Below, piece after piece: positions 37,096 through 50,379 of a DNA stretch of 64,000 nucleotides. The notes under the pieces were generated by a model. It did no database searches and was not told the origin of the DNA. It saw only the letters and a list, made by a program, of their open reading frames with translations. Each line of letters opens with the position of its first letter. The first letter of the stretch is position 1. This DNA comes from Rhynchobatus australiae (taxonomy: Eukaryota). The DNA is taken from the NCBI GenBank assembly GCA_034780895.1, contig JAUZTB010000062.1:25163547-25227546 (forward strand), read 5' to 3'. Both the position numbers and the translations under genes were made by a program.

Positions 37096-37956
37096 CGCTC
37101 TTGGATATGAACTCACAACATGTTCATTCTTTGCCCTCCCATGTCACTGGGGTATTCAGCAGAATGTGAATGGATTTCAGGAATGTGGCCTTTACTGTTG
37201 ACCTTCTGCATCACATCCAGCATGATACTGGAAAGGGATATCCAAGCACACAGATCAACGCATGGTGGGCAGGATAACTGGGTTGCTTAAGTCAGCATGG
37301 ATCAAGGACATGGTAGTGATTATAAAACTCAGCTCACAAAGTGGTGATTATTGTAGTGGTCCACTGAATCCCTCTGACCCCTTCAATGATGTAAATAATA
37401 TCAATATTTTCTTCTACTATCTAATGAGCCTGAACCACAACTTCAGAACAGTGTCCCCTACATTCCTGAAGTAACATTTTTATTTTCCGACATGAATCAT
37501 CTTTTGACTTTCTCACTGAGATGTCCTAATGGACATTTTAACATTTTATGTTCTGTCTTATAAGGGATTTCAGTAAGATTGCCAAACCTCATTACACTTG
37601 GAATCATGTAGATAACTTTTCGTTCAGAGAACAGAAGGTTGTTTCTTTCCCAGTTTGTGTTTCAGTTTCTGCAGCTGCATATTTATTTTACTCTTCAAAT
37701 ATGAAAGATGCACAACCCCAACCTGCCTGGATTTTAATTAAGCGCTGCCAAAAATCACATCTCAGAACCTTACTCGTCAAGTATAACAGTTTTACATTTT
37801 CCCTGCAGCACCTCACTCGGAAGGAGGACGGCAGTGTGGGGAAGGGATAATGTCTCAGCTTTCTTCTTCTGAAACTAAAAGTATTGTAAAACTCCTCAGA
37901 GATTTCATCAGGGTCAAGACTGAATAACAAAATGTGGTATGGAAGTTTGTTCTTCA

Positions 37957-38064
37957 TTAGATTTGAAAAAGATTTTGATGAGAGAGACCAACTGAAGTAC
38001 TTTCATCCATTCAAATTGTTATTTAAAAAAATAAGCAGAACTGGATGTACTTCATCCTCCTGTC
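37957..38064 (+). repeat. 108-bp near-identical copy of 42726-42833, ending at an N gap
   Basis: 106/108 identical by eye. Confidence 0.92.
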
Positions 38065-39569
38065 NNNNNNNNNNNNNNNNNNNNNNNNNNNNNNNNNNNN
38101 NNNNNNNNNNNNNNNNNNNNNNNNNNNNNNNNNNNNNNNNNNNNNNNNNNNNNNNNNNNNNNNNGATGAATGGGGAGCAGACTCAAAGGCTTGAATGGCT
38201 ACTCCTGCTTCTGTTTCTTACATTCTAAATATTTGTTTCCCCCATTCTCAATGAGAATATCTTACTACTTCATAGGAAGGTTACCTTGTGTGTACAAACC
38301 AAAACAAGTTTTTAGACTTGAATCTATTGATTACATCTAGTGATCTCATGTTTTAAATCATGAGCTGCCTTCTTTCTGTCTCCTTAAAGTATATGCTTTA
38401 ACAAGATAAGAAGACCAGTCCTGTAAGCCTCCACTGATAACTATGCGTCCTTAAAGTAATTATCATTCTTGCATCCTCTGTATTTTATGCACGTTCACTA
38501 CATAAACCATGCAAAACTGGATACTCTTTTTTTAATATGGCTTAATTGGGGCACATATTTTACAACCATTCATTGTCCTGAGGAAAAATATTCCACATAC
38601 AAGCAGGCTTAAACACTTGAAATCCAGGAAGTTGCATTTGGAATTGGAAATGGATTGAGAATTCTCGAGACCATGTGCATCAGGGATGTTCGAGGCCCCT
38701 CCGTGATCAAGCACAGCCCTTTTCCTCAATCCATTAAAACACAAACATATCGGTAGATACAGGAAGAAATAAATATGCAGAATGATTAAGTGCTTTATAT
38801 ATGATATAGCAATTCGTACCGCAATCTATTATGCTTAAACAAACTGATCCAGCACTTGTTTGCCGTTAAGTCCAGTTTCACTGGGATCCAATATTTTGCT
38901 GAACCCCTTGACCAGGATTCCATAATCCTGATGTATTGAACCCTTGTGCTGAATGCTCCTGAAATAAATCAAATCAGGTTTTTTTTTGGTTTTGTTGCAT
39001 TTCTTTGCTATATCCAGCTTTCTTCTGTTACCTCCCTGCTTTGTTTTTTGTGCTCAGTTTACTTCTGTGGGCTTTGATGACTGACACTTCCACCACATTG
39101 CTCCTGGATTGGTGTTTCGATAAAACAGATTGCTCATCTCTGCCATCTGAATCAAATATAGCCTTACTTTTGAGGAAATTTGAGCAGATAATAAATAGGC
39201 TCTTTGCATTCTTCGACAAGTATATAAAAGTACAACCATGCAATTTTAAAGAGAGATCTAGATCAATGTCTTCTATAATTATTTTCATTCCAGGAGATTG
39301 TGGGGTTGACACTGGCAACATTGCTTATTTTTAGCACCGTCATCCATTCTAAACCAAGAAGGTCCCCTTCAGAGAGGGGAACAAAGCAGATTTCCACATC
39401 AAATCCGGTTAATGAGAGCAAGTCTCAAAGCATAATGTGTATCTTTGAATATATTTACCATTTACTTTGTATAAGATATTTGGGTCTTTTATTCTTCTAG
39501 GTACCTGTTTTGTTGGTCCACAACCAATTTGCAAGATGGATGCATTCAAATGAAATGTAATTCAGGCAA

Positions 39570-39790
39570 AATAAAATCAGAAAGTCCTGAAAACACTCAG
39601 CAGGTCAGACAGCATCTGTGGAAAGAGAAACAATTAATGTTTCATATTCGGGACACTTTGTAGTCTGTTCTGATCAAGAGTCCTGGATTGAAAATGTTAA
39701 CTGTTTCGCTTTCCACAGATGCTGCCTGACCTGCTGCATGTTTCTAGCACTTTGTTTTTATTTCAGATTTCCAGCATATGCAGTTTTTAT
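39570..39790. mobile_element. Older fold-back Penelope-like element with decayed hammerhead core
   Basis: cagcaggtcagacagcatctgtggaaagagaaaca is inverted against tgtttcgctttccacagatgctgcctgacctgctg; centre ttctgatcaagagtcctggattgaaaatgttaactg. Confidence 0.8.
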
Positions 39791-40609
39791 TTTCATTTTT
39801 ATTATAGTTGAGCAAGCTTGGAAAAAATTTCAAGACTCTCCCTTAAAACCCTGTGACAACTGATATCATTTTGATACTTTACCACAATGAGCTGTACATT
39901 TGCAAGCCAGTAAAAAATCTTGGGTCAAAGCAGGGCACTTAATGATATCAACAGCTTTCAGAAATTGCTTTTCTCTGGTAATTGATAAAAGTGCATTGAA
40001 ACGACGCATTAAGGGGAAAGGGACATTGGAGTGACGTGTGCGTCTCTTTTAGAGATAACACTGTTCCCTGACTGGGTAGTTTTCAGTCAACATCAGGCTG
40101 GAGACTCGCCTGAGGTCTGGGGTTTCTCGGCTAGGCTGCAGGCTTTGGGCAGCATGGCTGCTGGGGCCAGGTGTGGGAAAGGCTGATGGGCAAGTGGGGA
40201 TCAGCCCTGAAGAAGTTACATTCAGGGATGGCCTCATTCTTTCAGGGTGCAGGGGAATTGGGAGGGAAAGAAAGAGGGAAGGGGCTAAGAGCAAGGTGAA
40301 TGGAAATTGGCTGAGTTGGGAGACTGAGAGAAGCAGTTAGATAAATAGAGACAGAGTTATGGAGGCAGAGAGGAGGAGGAGGGAGATTAGGGTGGGAGAG
40401 GTACAAGCGAGTGGAGCCAAGGAAAAGGGTGTGGGTAAAATGGTGCATCTGTGTTCATGTCTGTGTGTTTGTGCACCAGACCCTGGTCTCCATTCATCTT
40501 GGACCTCCATGCTATTGGACTAGGACCTTGCTCTGCCAAGTCCTTATTGTAGAAGGTGTGCAAAAGCCATCCTAGGTTAAAAGTACTGATACATCTCATG
40601 CTGGTTAGA

Positions 40610-40700
40610 ACTGGTCATCCTTGATCCTGAGGGACTGCTTAAGAAGTCATTCTCACTGGTCATCCTTGATCCTGAGGGACTGCTTAAGAAGTCATTCTCA
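40610..40700 (+). repeat. Perfect 45-bp tandem duplication
   Basis: actggtcatccttgatcctgagggactgcttaagaagtcattctc occurs twice. Confidence 0.97.
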
Positions 40701-42725
40701 ACTCGCACTTCAGCAAATTTGTGAGGATTTTTTAAACTCTCTATCTGTAGTGATAAAATGGGCTTTCTATGAGATGGATACTTCAATAAATTCTCCTGGA
40801 TAATTACTCCATCCTAGTATTGGGAGTAAGATTAAGATGTACAGCTGGCAAATGCACAATCTGTTTTTTCTCACAGGTACTCTTTTATTAATGAAACCTC
40901 TTCAACAAGTCAGGTGATGTTGTCTGGTGTGAACTTCTTCACACCAGGGGCATTGCAACCCTTTTTAAACCCTGGTGTGAAGTGATTGCTCTGTTTTGTG
41001 GGTAAAGCTGCATTTCTGCTAATGCTGGCCTTGAATTATTATCAGTGTAGAATTGTGCACCACCATGAACCTTTTATCACTGATGGTGTGTCTTAAAGCA
41101 CCACTGTCTGACCTTCAAATATGGTAATCTTGTTATACAGTGCTGGCTTTCATCCAAAAGAATTTTATGGACTGTTAATTCACTCTATACATTGGGATTG
41201 TTAAATCTAGTGACGCACATCCAGAAAGTGGGAAATAATGAGCCAGCTCTGTATATTGGCTAAGATTTGTATGCAGAATTCTGGAAAATAGATATAAATT
41301 TTGATGAATAATATTCTGGTTAATCTGACAGCATGCTCCTAGCTGACTGAAATTTTGCCCAAGTTGTCCAAAAAACTAAGCCATTCAGAATATTACATTA
41401 ACACAACTAAAATTCATGATAATAACATGGTATTACTCTAATAATCTCTCACTTCAAAAATCTCACACCTTAAAAAAGGAATATAGTAATATTTGACTGA
41501 CAGTTACAAAGCGTTCTATTTCTAATAGCAGAGTTGCCTGCATGGTGGCATTCATTGGCCTATCATGAACTGGTGGTGATTCTTACAGTTAGAGTGTATC
41601 TGAAGGGCAGAGTTATTTTTATTATGTAGTGGATATAGTCTACTGAGTACCTGAGGTAAAGTTCCTGTCAGCTACATATATCTCAGCCTCAACCCTTCAT
41701 CTGATGTACCATGCATACAAATCAGTTACCTTCAGTACAGTGTTTCTTTGGTGTAAATTAACAAGATGCCTTTGAACTGTTGTATAGCCCTTTTGTAAAT
41801 TGAACTGTAAATAGTAGGTGTTCAAACTTACATGTTAAATGTTGTTCTGTGTACTGTGTTAATGAAATCTAATAATATATCATTAGACTCCAATGTTTGT
41901 TGGTTTGTTTGTTAACTTTCTGCTAATTACTAATATCATTTGTCAAACATTTCCAGAGAGATTTAGTGAGGATTAACTTTTGCTTTTCTTAAATATATTA
42001 ATGATTATTAAACACTAAGATCTATTAAATACTAAGGTTAAGGATCCTTTGTATCAAAAAGTTTGTGCCCAATTTACACAGAGCTATGTGAGAACTAGGA
42101 ATTGACACAGTGCTGACAAATCCAGACCAACAAAATCCAGACAAATCAGACCAACAACAACTCACTTGGCATTTAGGCCTTTCTTACTCCTGTGATGCCT
42201 GATTTATTCAGAAAACATTCTCTTGACTCGCATTTATCTGGAAGTTGATGGATAAGGACATCTGGTCCCTGGTAAGTTTACATATATCTTTGGGACTTGA
42301 TGTTGTACTTTCAAGATTTACTTTGTAAATCATGAATTCAGCAAATGTAATTGTTAATACTAATACCCTGCCTCAGTTTCTTCCATTCACTAACTATCAT
42401 TTGAGAGGGCAGGTAATACATAATGACCACTTCCTTTTTTTTGATAGTAGGAGACAGCACACAGTAAGCTGATGCCAGTTGGAGTTCCAGATTTAATAGT
42501 ATTGAATCAAGCCAGACTAAATATATTTGGCTGAATGTTTTGAGTCTTTGTCCATGATTTTCACGAGTTGAGGATTTGTCAATATTGCACGGTAGAATGA
42601 TGCATTGACAGAAATTATAGGCAAAAACTACAATATCAGTGACCTTTACAGTAATTTGCTGGTGATTCATTGACAGTATTGACATTCACGTGTAACTTTA
42701 CCCCTTTCAGGCATTTTTTCAAGAG

Positions 42726-42833
42726 TTAGATTTGAAAAAGATTTTGATGTGAGAGACCAACTGAAGTACTTTCATCCATTCAAATTGTTATTTAAAAAAA
42801 TAAGCAGAACTGGATGTTCTTCATCCTCCTGTC
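42726..42833 (+). repeat. 108-bp near-identical copy of 37957-38064
   Basis: Direct comparison, two substitutions. Confidence 0.92.
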
Positions 42834-44839
42834 CCAGCTGTACTGGACTGTGCAACAGCTCTTTGTTCCCCTGCAGTGTTTTGGAAAATATTTCAGAAAA
42901 GGCTCTTTCAAATCAAAAGGGGTGGGGGAGGATCATGGGAATGGGTGTAGGCTATTTGTTGCTTCAATGTGTACCATCATTCAATTAGATCATGGCTGAT
43001 GAGAACAGATTATTTACTCCGAGGGAACACACTGAAAGTGGGACACCCTGTCCACGTATATAAAACATCTGGCAGGGGAATGTCAGGAGATTATTATGCA
43101 CTGAAGATAACCCTGATTGTATTAACCATTTGCAGATGAGACGTCCTTTCCTTGTTTCCTTTTCCCCTTTATAGAAGGGCTGCATATTTTGAGACTTTCC
43201 TCTTCAGTCTTCATCCCCATCTCTGCTTTCATGTGATACCACTTTTCAGGTGTCTGCTACTATCCAGTGCATTAACCAAATAGATGATGGTCACATCCAA
43301 GATTCGCCAGAAAGCTCTAGCGTTTAACTATCACAGAGAAGTCCACTCTAACCTCAGCTTAGGTGCATGCATTTGCATTTTGAGGAGAGGTCAATATTTG
43401 TAGTCTATGATAAACCAGTAGCTATTACTAATTGTGATGATCTTACTGTGTCATGGGCTAAGATGATGTACTAAATGTAATGTATTGGCATTAATGCACT
43501 TACACACAAAGGCAGTTTCCAATATCCCTAGTTCATGCAATTCTTCCTTTCTTTTATTCCTATTGTTTGTGGCACAGCTATTTTCTGGATACAGTTGTTG
43601 GTCAAGTTTATGTTTTAAATGCACAATTTCCAGTGATTACTGTTCAAGTAACTAAAAGGAAAAATCCATTGGAAGAGGAAAGCAGATAATAGAACGTTTG
43701 GAGTTTTCTCATGGCAAAGCAACTAAACAGTCTGAATAATCATATCAACAGCAGATCATTTGATAATATACTTCATAAAGCTAGTTTTAAATTTTTTTGA
43801 TCAAATTCTCATGCAGTATAGAACTCAAAGGAACGGGAAGGAAAAGCAATGCTGAGCAAACTATCTAGAGTAGTTGGAATTGTGAAAAACTGCAGGGAAT
43901 GTTGCAAGTAGCTTCACAAACACAAAACAGACAATGATTTCCTGGACAACATTTGATTTTGAAAGTGTTTCTAGCAACTAGCTGATTAATGCAGATTCAC
44001 GAACAGGTTCATGAACACACCATGAGTGCATGCACCTCACTCTGTGTAGCTGCAATGGGCAAGTAGAGATGGAGCATGATCAAGAAAGTGTATTCATTAG
44101 CTCCAAAATCAACATATGCCCACTCTAGTGCTGCATATGTTCACTGGCAGCTCAAAAAAAAAGTTTCCTGCAGTTTTCCTTCTCTTTATGGTGATGATTG
44201 ATGACCAAACTAACATCTAAATATTTGAACTTAATCTACAACTAACTAGTAAACTGGCAACAGTATTCACTTGAATCAGAAAGGAAGCGAAAGAAACACC
44301 TAAATAAATGTATCAAGTGCTCTGAGACCCTGTGCCATACAGCGCAGATTTCTTCCACTCGTGATGCCTTTTATTGACACAATTTCAGTCAAGCAGTTGG
44401 ATACTAAACTGAATGAGCATTTCAGTTGGAGCCATGATTGACTCTTTTGCTTGCATTATGTTTACTTAAAAATCCACCAGTTGAAGGTTGTAGCCACAAA
44501 GGCTTAAAGCAGGTGCAGCTCAGTTTAACATTGAGTCATCTGCAAGTAGTTTTGAATGAAATGTTTTATGGAGAAAGGTTGGATGTTAGATTGTCTATTT
44601 TAATTGATCTAGTCCATTTATGTAATTGTACAATAGTGTTGTTCAGCAGAGGATTAAGATTAATTTCCAAAGTAAATGGCTGTAAAGATAATGACAACTT
44701 TTTTTTATTGTTGTCAGTACCAAAACTTATGGCTTTCAACACTCTCACTAATTCTGTATTTATTGGACTGAAATTGGATGAGACAATATTGCCAGAAACA
44801 AATTAAATTTAACTGCTTAGAGAAAGGCACGATTTTTTT

Positions 44840-45015
44840 CTGTTTATCCATTTTTTTTGTCGTGTGGCCATCTCTTGCAAGGCCAGGATTTATTGCCCAT
44901 CTGTTATTGCCCTCGAGAAGGCTGTGGTGAATTGCATCTTGAGGTTCTGCAATTCTGTGAGATGAAGATACTCCAATTGTACTTTTGTGAAGTTACAGGA
45001 TTTAGACCCAAAGGT
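44840..45015 (-). mobile_element. 3' end of the LINE family seen at 18430-21165
   Basis: aaggccaggatttattgcccatc is the reverse complement of the gatgggcaataa...ggcc tail. Confidence 0.7.
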
Positions 45016-45379
45016 GAAATATCTCAACATCATGATACATTTTACATATTTTTCTACACACACACTATGATTATTTGGGGTAACTATGCTTCTCCCCATC
45101 CTACATATCCACCCTGTACATGCCCCTAACTGGAAGGAAAACTGTGCACAGATTTCAGAATACATATACAGCTCCTGGGGAAAAGGGTAACTGAGTGTCA
45201 ACAACAAGAAGTAATATCAAAACATATTCCTATTGTGTTGAACAATGATTATCACCAAAGACCTGGTGATATATTATGTATATATAAAAATAAGGAAGAG
45301 GGGGATTAGAAATGATAGTAAGAAAACATGAATCCCATTAAAGAATTGTAAGGATGACCTGATATCACAGAACCAAGAG

Positions 45380-46200
45380 GTAACAGATATATTAAATGCA
45401 ACCTTCTTCCACAGATAGTGGAGGGGATTACAGCCAACATAGTGGAAGTGGGAAGGTGAAGGCAAGGAGGTATTTAAAAAATAGGTATTTCAGGTAAGGC
45501 ACTTGGTAACATACTGTACTCAAAGGAACACAAGTCATCACACCCAGGTAGGCTTTATGTAATTATACTTATAAAGTGGTTGGTAAATCACTCTTAAGAA
45601 AATTATTAGAAAAGAAAGTAAGATCAAAGGAGCTATACACAGTTAAGCTAACACCAATCTTTAGACAACCCAATAATGAACTGCCAATGAAGCTTATTTC
45701 TGTTGTGGATGAAGTATTACCAGGCTTCTAAAAAAAGAGACAGTAATCATTTCCTAGGCTCTAATTGTGAAGTATGAAGGAGTCATCATGAACATTTAGA
45801 TGGAAAGTCTTGCAAACAAATTGATTGATTTCTTCTGGGGAACATTGAAGCTCGTTGACAGTAGAAATTTTCTGAATGTGAAATATTCACATTTTGGCAA
45901 GCTCTTTGCACCAGAATAAGTTGGTCCATGACATAGGAAAACATGGGAGGGGCTTTAAACTGAGCAACAAAGCAAACAGTGATTGGGAGTTGGCTTGAAT
46001 CAATATGGCAGTGTGCCATTAGCAAAATATTGCAGAGATTGGAACTAGGGCCACCTCTGTTTACAGTGTATGTCAGTGATTGGAACTAGGAACAGAAAAA
46101 AAATGCCACCTAATTTTTAAACTTAAGCAGACCCAGACAGTTCAAAAAAGTGGGCTGATGAATGATTAATGGAACCTAATGTGGACAGATGTTGGTGAGC
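45380..46200 (+). mobile_element. Highly decayed CR1 fragments
   Basis: ctgtttacagtgtatgtcagtgatttgg (LF.IY..DL-like) and tgggctgatgaatga...aatgtggacagatgt (WA..W.M..NV.KC-like). Confidence 0.5.
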
Positions 46201-46679
46201 CAGAACTTACGGTTAGTACTGATGAGATTTTGCTTCCCATAGCAGGCATCATCCCTGACACAAAGATATAGCCATCTCGACAGTCAGAGCGAGCCCTGTC
46301 CTGACACCTGTCATTGCCAGCTGTCATTCAATGGAGTCCTTGGTGTCCCTAGTTATGACATCATCTGGCCAGCTGAGCAGCCAATCACAACAAAGAATTT
46401 GCAGCCAGGGAACTCAAAAGAATTTTTAAATTAAGTTTTTATAGAATGTCAAATAATAATCATAACATATGCATGGTTAAAATAGAAGCTGATAAACTTT
46501 TTATTTACCACATAGTTTGTTGAGCAGTAGTTATGGCTCCATGCACCATTGAAAACTTATCTAAGCCACCTGGAACCAAGTGCAATGGTGTCAGGGACAT
46601 TTTATTTAAGAATTAGTTCAAAAATGAAATTCAGTTTGTTCTATCTCTCCTTCCCCCACTGACTTGTTTTCTCTCTTTT

Positions 46680-46790
46680 CCAGTTCTGACAAAGAGTTTT
46701 GGAGACAGATGTAAGAGGTATTATCTATTTCTCTTTCCACAGATCCTGCCTGACCTGCTGAGTGTTTTCAGCACTTTGTTTTTATATAAA
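46680..46790 (+). mobile_element. Single arm of the older Penelope-like element
   Basis: cagttctgacaaagag...tttccacagatcctgcctgacctgctgagtgttttcagcactttgttttt. Confidence 0.7.
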
Positions 46791-48719
46791 AAAAACATAA
46801 TTGCACATCAATCAGGAAGACAAGAAACCAAAGCCTTTCCAAAAAATCCAATTGATGAACCTTCAATTGGCCATGCAGAGGTGCTTAAACCAGAAACCAT
46901 CAACTAGCTTTATTTCAAAATAAAGTTATAAGTGAAACATGAAATAAAAATTGGAATAGAAATGAGTAACGATCACACATTGCAGCATTAGAATTCTCTT
47001 CACTCCTGAATTTATCATTGTAACTGTTTAAGGTGTCTTTAGTGTGTTACTGTCACTTCACACCCTAGCATGGATTTCACAGCTGAATTAAATGGCAGAG
47101 CCTGCTTCAGGCCAGCCTATAGATAAGCTGGGTCCCATAGCAGGCACCACTTTTCTCCACTGGCATTTCAGAAGACCCTTGACTGGATTGGCTTTTCATG
47201 TGGTACAGATGAAGATGGTTTTACTTGTTTATAAAATTCAGATGGTTATTCCTGCCTCTGCCAAGACTGCTGAACCAGAATTCAGGCTTGCATTCTAGTT
47301 TTCTATCACTCAGAATTTATGTGTGGAAAATAGGTTGATCCTGGGATCCCTGCCTCATTGGCCACACTGCACTTGTGGCAAGAGACTCAATCAGGTAAGA
47401 TGATAGCACGGGGATAACTGCACATGCCTCAGTATCTCTCTCTCTGTAAAATATTTGAAAGTAACTGATAATTCAAAGTAACAAGTTTACGGTTAGGGTG
47501 AGCATTCATCTTCCTGTGACTTCCTCCACAAATGCAGATAGATTCCAGCACAGTGTCCACATACTAAACAATATTGTAAAACCAGAGAGCCATTGGTCAC
47601 CATTCTTAACATTTACCGATCAATAGCCCACATTTGTGATAACACAGAGAAGATCACTGTGTAACTCCTCACCTGTATATTCCCTCATTTCTGTGGTAGC
47701 CTTTAGCGCTGCTGCTTCCTTTAAGGTTTGACATCCTACCCAACAATCAGCATGGCAAAGATGCAGTAACTGCAAGATTCTTAAGCAGCTCCCAATGGGA
47801 ACCATTGAGGTAACATTTTAGTGCATTGATTCTAGGGGTAGACTACCATTGAATTTTTTAAAACATTTTTGGCCAATTTCATATTTGGAGCATCAATAAA
47901 GAGAGAAAACAACTTCTACACAAAAATATATTCCTTTTATTAGAATGCACAGGACATTTAGCAACAACTAGACAAATTTTTTGCAAGGAACATTAATCAA
48001 GAACTTGCAGATATGAATTCAGTATTCTGACTTTTATTAGTGGGCTTGAATATGCCTACATTTTCATAGAAAACCTGTTCCTAACTGAACTGCACAGATT
48101 GGCTTAGCTTTGACCTGTGTATTGAACCAAAGTTGGAGATGAGCTGGAAGTCAGATTCCAGCAGAGCAGACCTTCCACTCCACTGCTGGACATGCCACTG
48201 CCTCAGTTGATGGGAAACAAATATCCTGAGCTGAGGAAGCTGATGCACTTTGGAACTGACCCCTCAGCTTCAGGCCAGCTGTAAGTGGTATAGATAGCAT
48301 GGTCCCATTCAATTAAACAGAGTGACTGATCCTAAATAAAAACATAAATGTTTTGTTTATTTTTCTTTATTTCACTTTACCTTTATGCTTGCAATAATTG
48401 CTGGTCATTGAAGACATTTTTGAGTACATTTATTGTTTTTAAATAACATTAAAGTCATTAGAGCCATCTAAAATTGGTGGAAAGACCTATGATAAGCTGT
48501 CAAAAGCCACCAGGTCAAGTCAGGGGCAGGCCTAAAAATCTACTGCCTGTGGCTTAGTTGACAATTGCAACCTGTTCTGTCTTGCTGGACAGGTGTAGAA
48601 TCCAGTTCTGATGGTTGATCAATTGCATAGAACCATGTTGCTAAGTATGGCCTCAGTAAAAACGGGGGAGATAAATACCAACAGAAAGCTTCATCAAGCA
48701 CCATCTGCCTCATCAATAA

Positions 48720-48885
48720 TAGGTCAGGCAGTAACTGTGGAAAGAGACATTTCCTTTGTTCTACCATTCTCTTCCTCAACTTCTCTTTTCTATGTTTCTC
48801 TTCCCACTGATGCTGCATGACCTGCTGAGTGTTTCCAGCATTTTCTGTTTTTATTTCAGATTTCCAGCATTAGCAGTTGTTTTTT
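48720..48885. mobile_element. Older fold-back Penelope-like remnant
   Basis: aggtcaggcagtaactgtggaaagagac versus cccactgatgctgcatgacctgctgagtgtttccagcattttctgtttttatttcag. Confidence 0.75.
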
Positions 48886-50379
48886 ATTTTCATCCGCCTT
48901 ACCAAGATAGTTTAAACTTGGTATGGGATTGAACCTGAAGTTGGGCTGTTCTAATTCCTTGACTTCAGTGACCTGTCTTCATAATTCACATAAATTATCA
49001 ACAATCAAGAGAATGTTTTACACAAAATTCTTTAGGTTGCTTGGATGTTCCACATATTTTTGGCAAAAAAATCTCCTTAGAATCAACGAATGGAGATTTT
49101 AAACCAGACAGCCAGAGGAAATGCAACAAGCTTAGTCAAGAGTGTGGTTTATGCAACACTGCTATCAAGAATTTTGTGCAGTGCACGTCAGTAGCAAATG
49201 GTTTATCACGTCAGAGTTCTGCTTTTTGCTTAATAAGGTCCACATTATTGGAGAGAATAATACAACAAAATCCATAGGCTTTGGTTCACAGTACTTTCAC
49301 AAAGAGGATCAAAGTTTGCTTTTCATGAAAACAATGGCAAAGGAATGTTCAGCTGGTCTTGTTTAATAAAATAACTGTATCTGCCATTAGTTCAGTAGGG
49401 AAGCTCAATACGTGTTGAACTAGATTCGCTTTGAAGCTTATTTTACTCTTCTGCTTCCACAGTTCATCTAGGAACAACCAGAGAACATGAGGCAATACTT
49501 ACAGATGCAGACAGGCAGGAACAGTGCAGAAGACTTTGTAAATCATAGACCTGAACATCACTCTAATCCTGGTCCTGAAAGGGTCACCTCCATTTTACTT
49601 GGGAGTACAATGGCAGACAAGGCACCTACCTGTTTCAAAAGCAAGCCAATGTGTAATAAGACAACGGGAGTATTATGACATCCACCAAATCCTGATGGAA
49701 TTTTATGGTATCAATGTATAGATTATGTACTAGGCACACCAGCACAAAGTGACCTAATCAGCATTCCTGAAAAAAACTGTCACAGGCTACTCCAACACGG
49801 GTGAGAGAATTGTGAATGTTTCCCCAAATCTTCCCATTCCTTTGTCACTTTTATGCCCAATGGTTTCCTGCCCAGTTTTGAATAATGTTGCTTTAAACTT
49901 GCTGGTGAAATGGAAATGAAGTTTGGTCATCGAAAAGGCTCAGGTTTCTTGCAAAAGATATCATCTTCTTTGTTTCCAAGAAGAAACTTATGGATGTGAA
50001 CATTATTAACTCAGATTTTAACTCAGAATTGAACTCAGATATTAAAATCAGCTCTTAGCATTGTACTATGTGGGGATAAAATTACAAGTAATCACTTAGC
50101 CTGCTCACAAGATGGTGAGCTTTTGTAGTGATTGTTAAAGGTTCTTGAAATGACCATATCAGACGTGCTCAATAATTCCCTCAAAACTTTTCTGGAAATA
50201 TTAGTGGAGTAACTGAAGAACATAGTGACACTTCTGACAATTTTGTAACATTTACTTCCTCCTGTAATTTATGCTTGATAAATTGTGAGCTATATGAAGT
50301 CTTTTTATCCTAAGCAAGCAGATGATTGAGTGAATACATAACTAACATATCAATTTGCCAAATATGTTCTTTAAAACTA

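Noticed and set aside
40610-40700. CRISPR-like array
   Set aside because: Eukaryotic DNA; two abutting units with no spacers.
40920-40950. miR-138-like hairpin (ctggtg...caccaggg)
   Set aside because: Lacks the AGCTGGTGTTGTGAATC mature sequence and the stem is far too short.
41760-41880. Plus-strand 3' UTR-like motifs (ttttgtaaat, tgtaaata)
   Set aside because: No supporting plus-strand coding exons; such motifs are common in AT-rich DNA.
42710-42988. Plus-strand acceptor with an open, Cys/Ser-rich frame
   Set aside because: No recognisable homology and a weak donor; kept only as part of the duplication finding.
48695-48705. miR-29 seed match (TGGTGCT on the minus strand) in an extended DNMT3A 3' UTR
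   Set aside because: A single 7-mer 2 kb from the stop is expected by chance, and the UTR extent is unknown.
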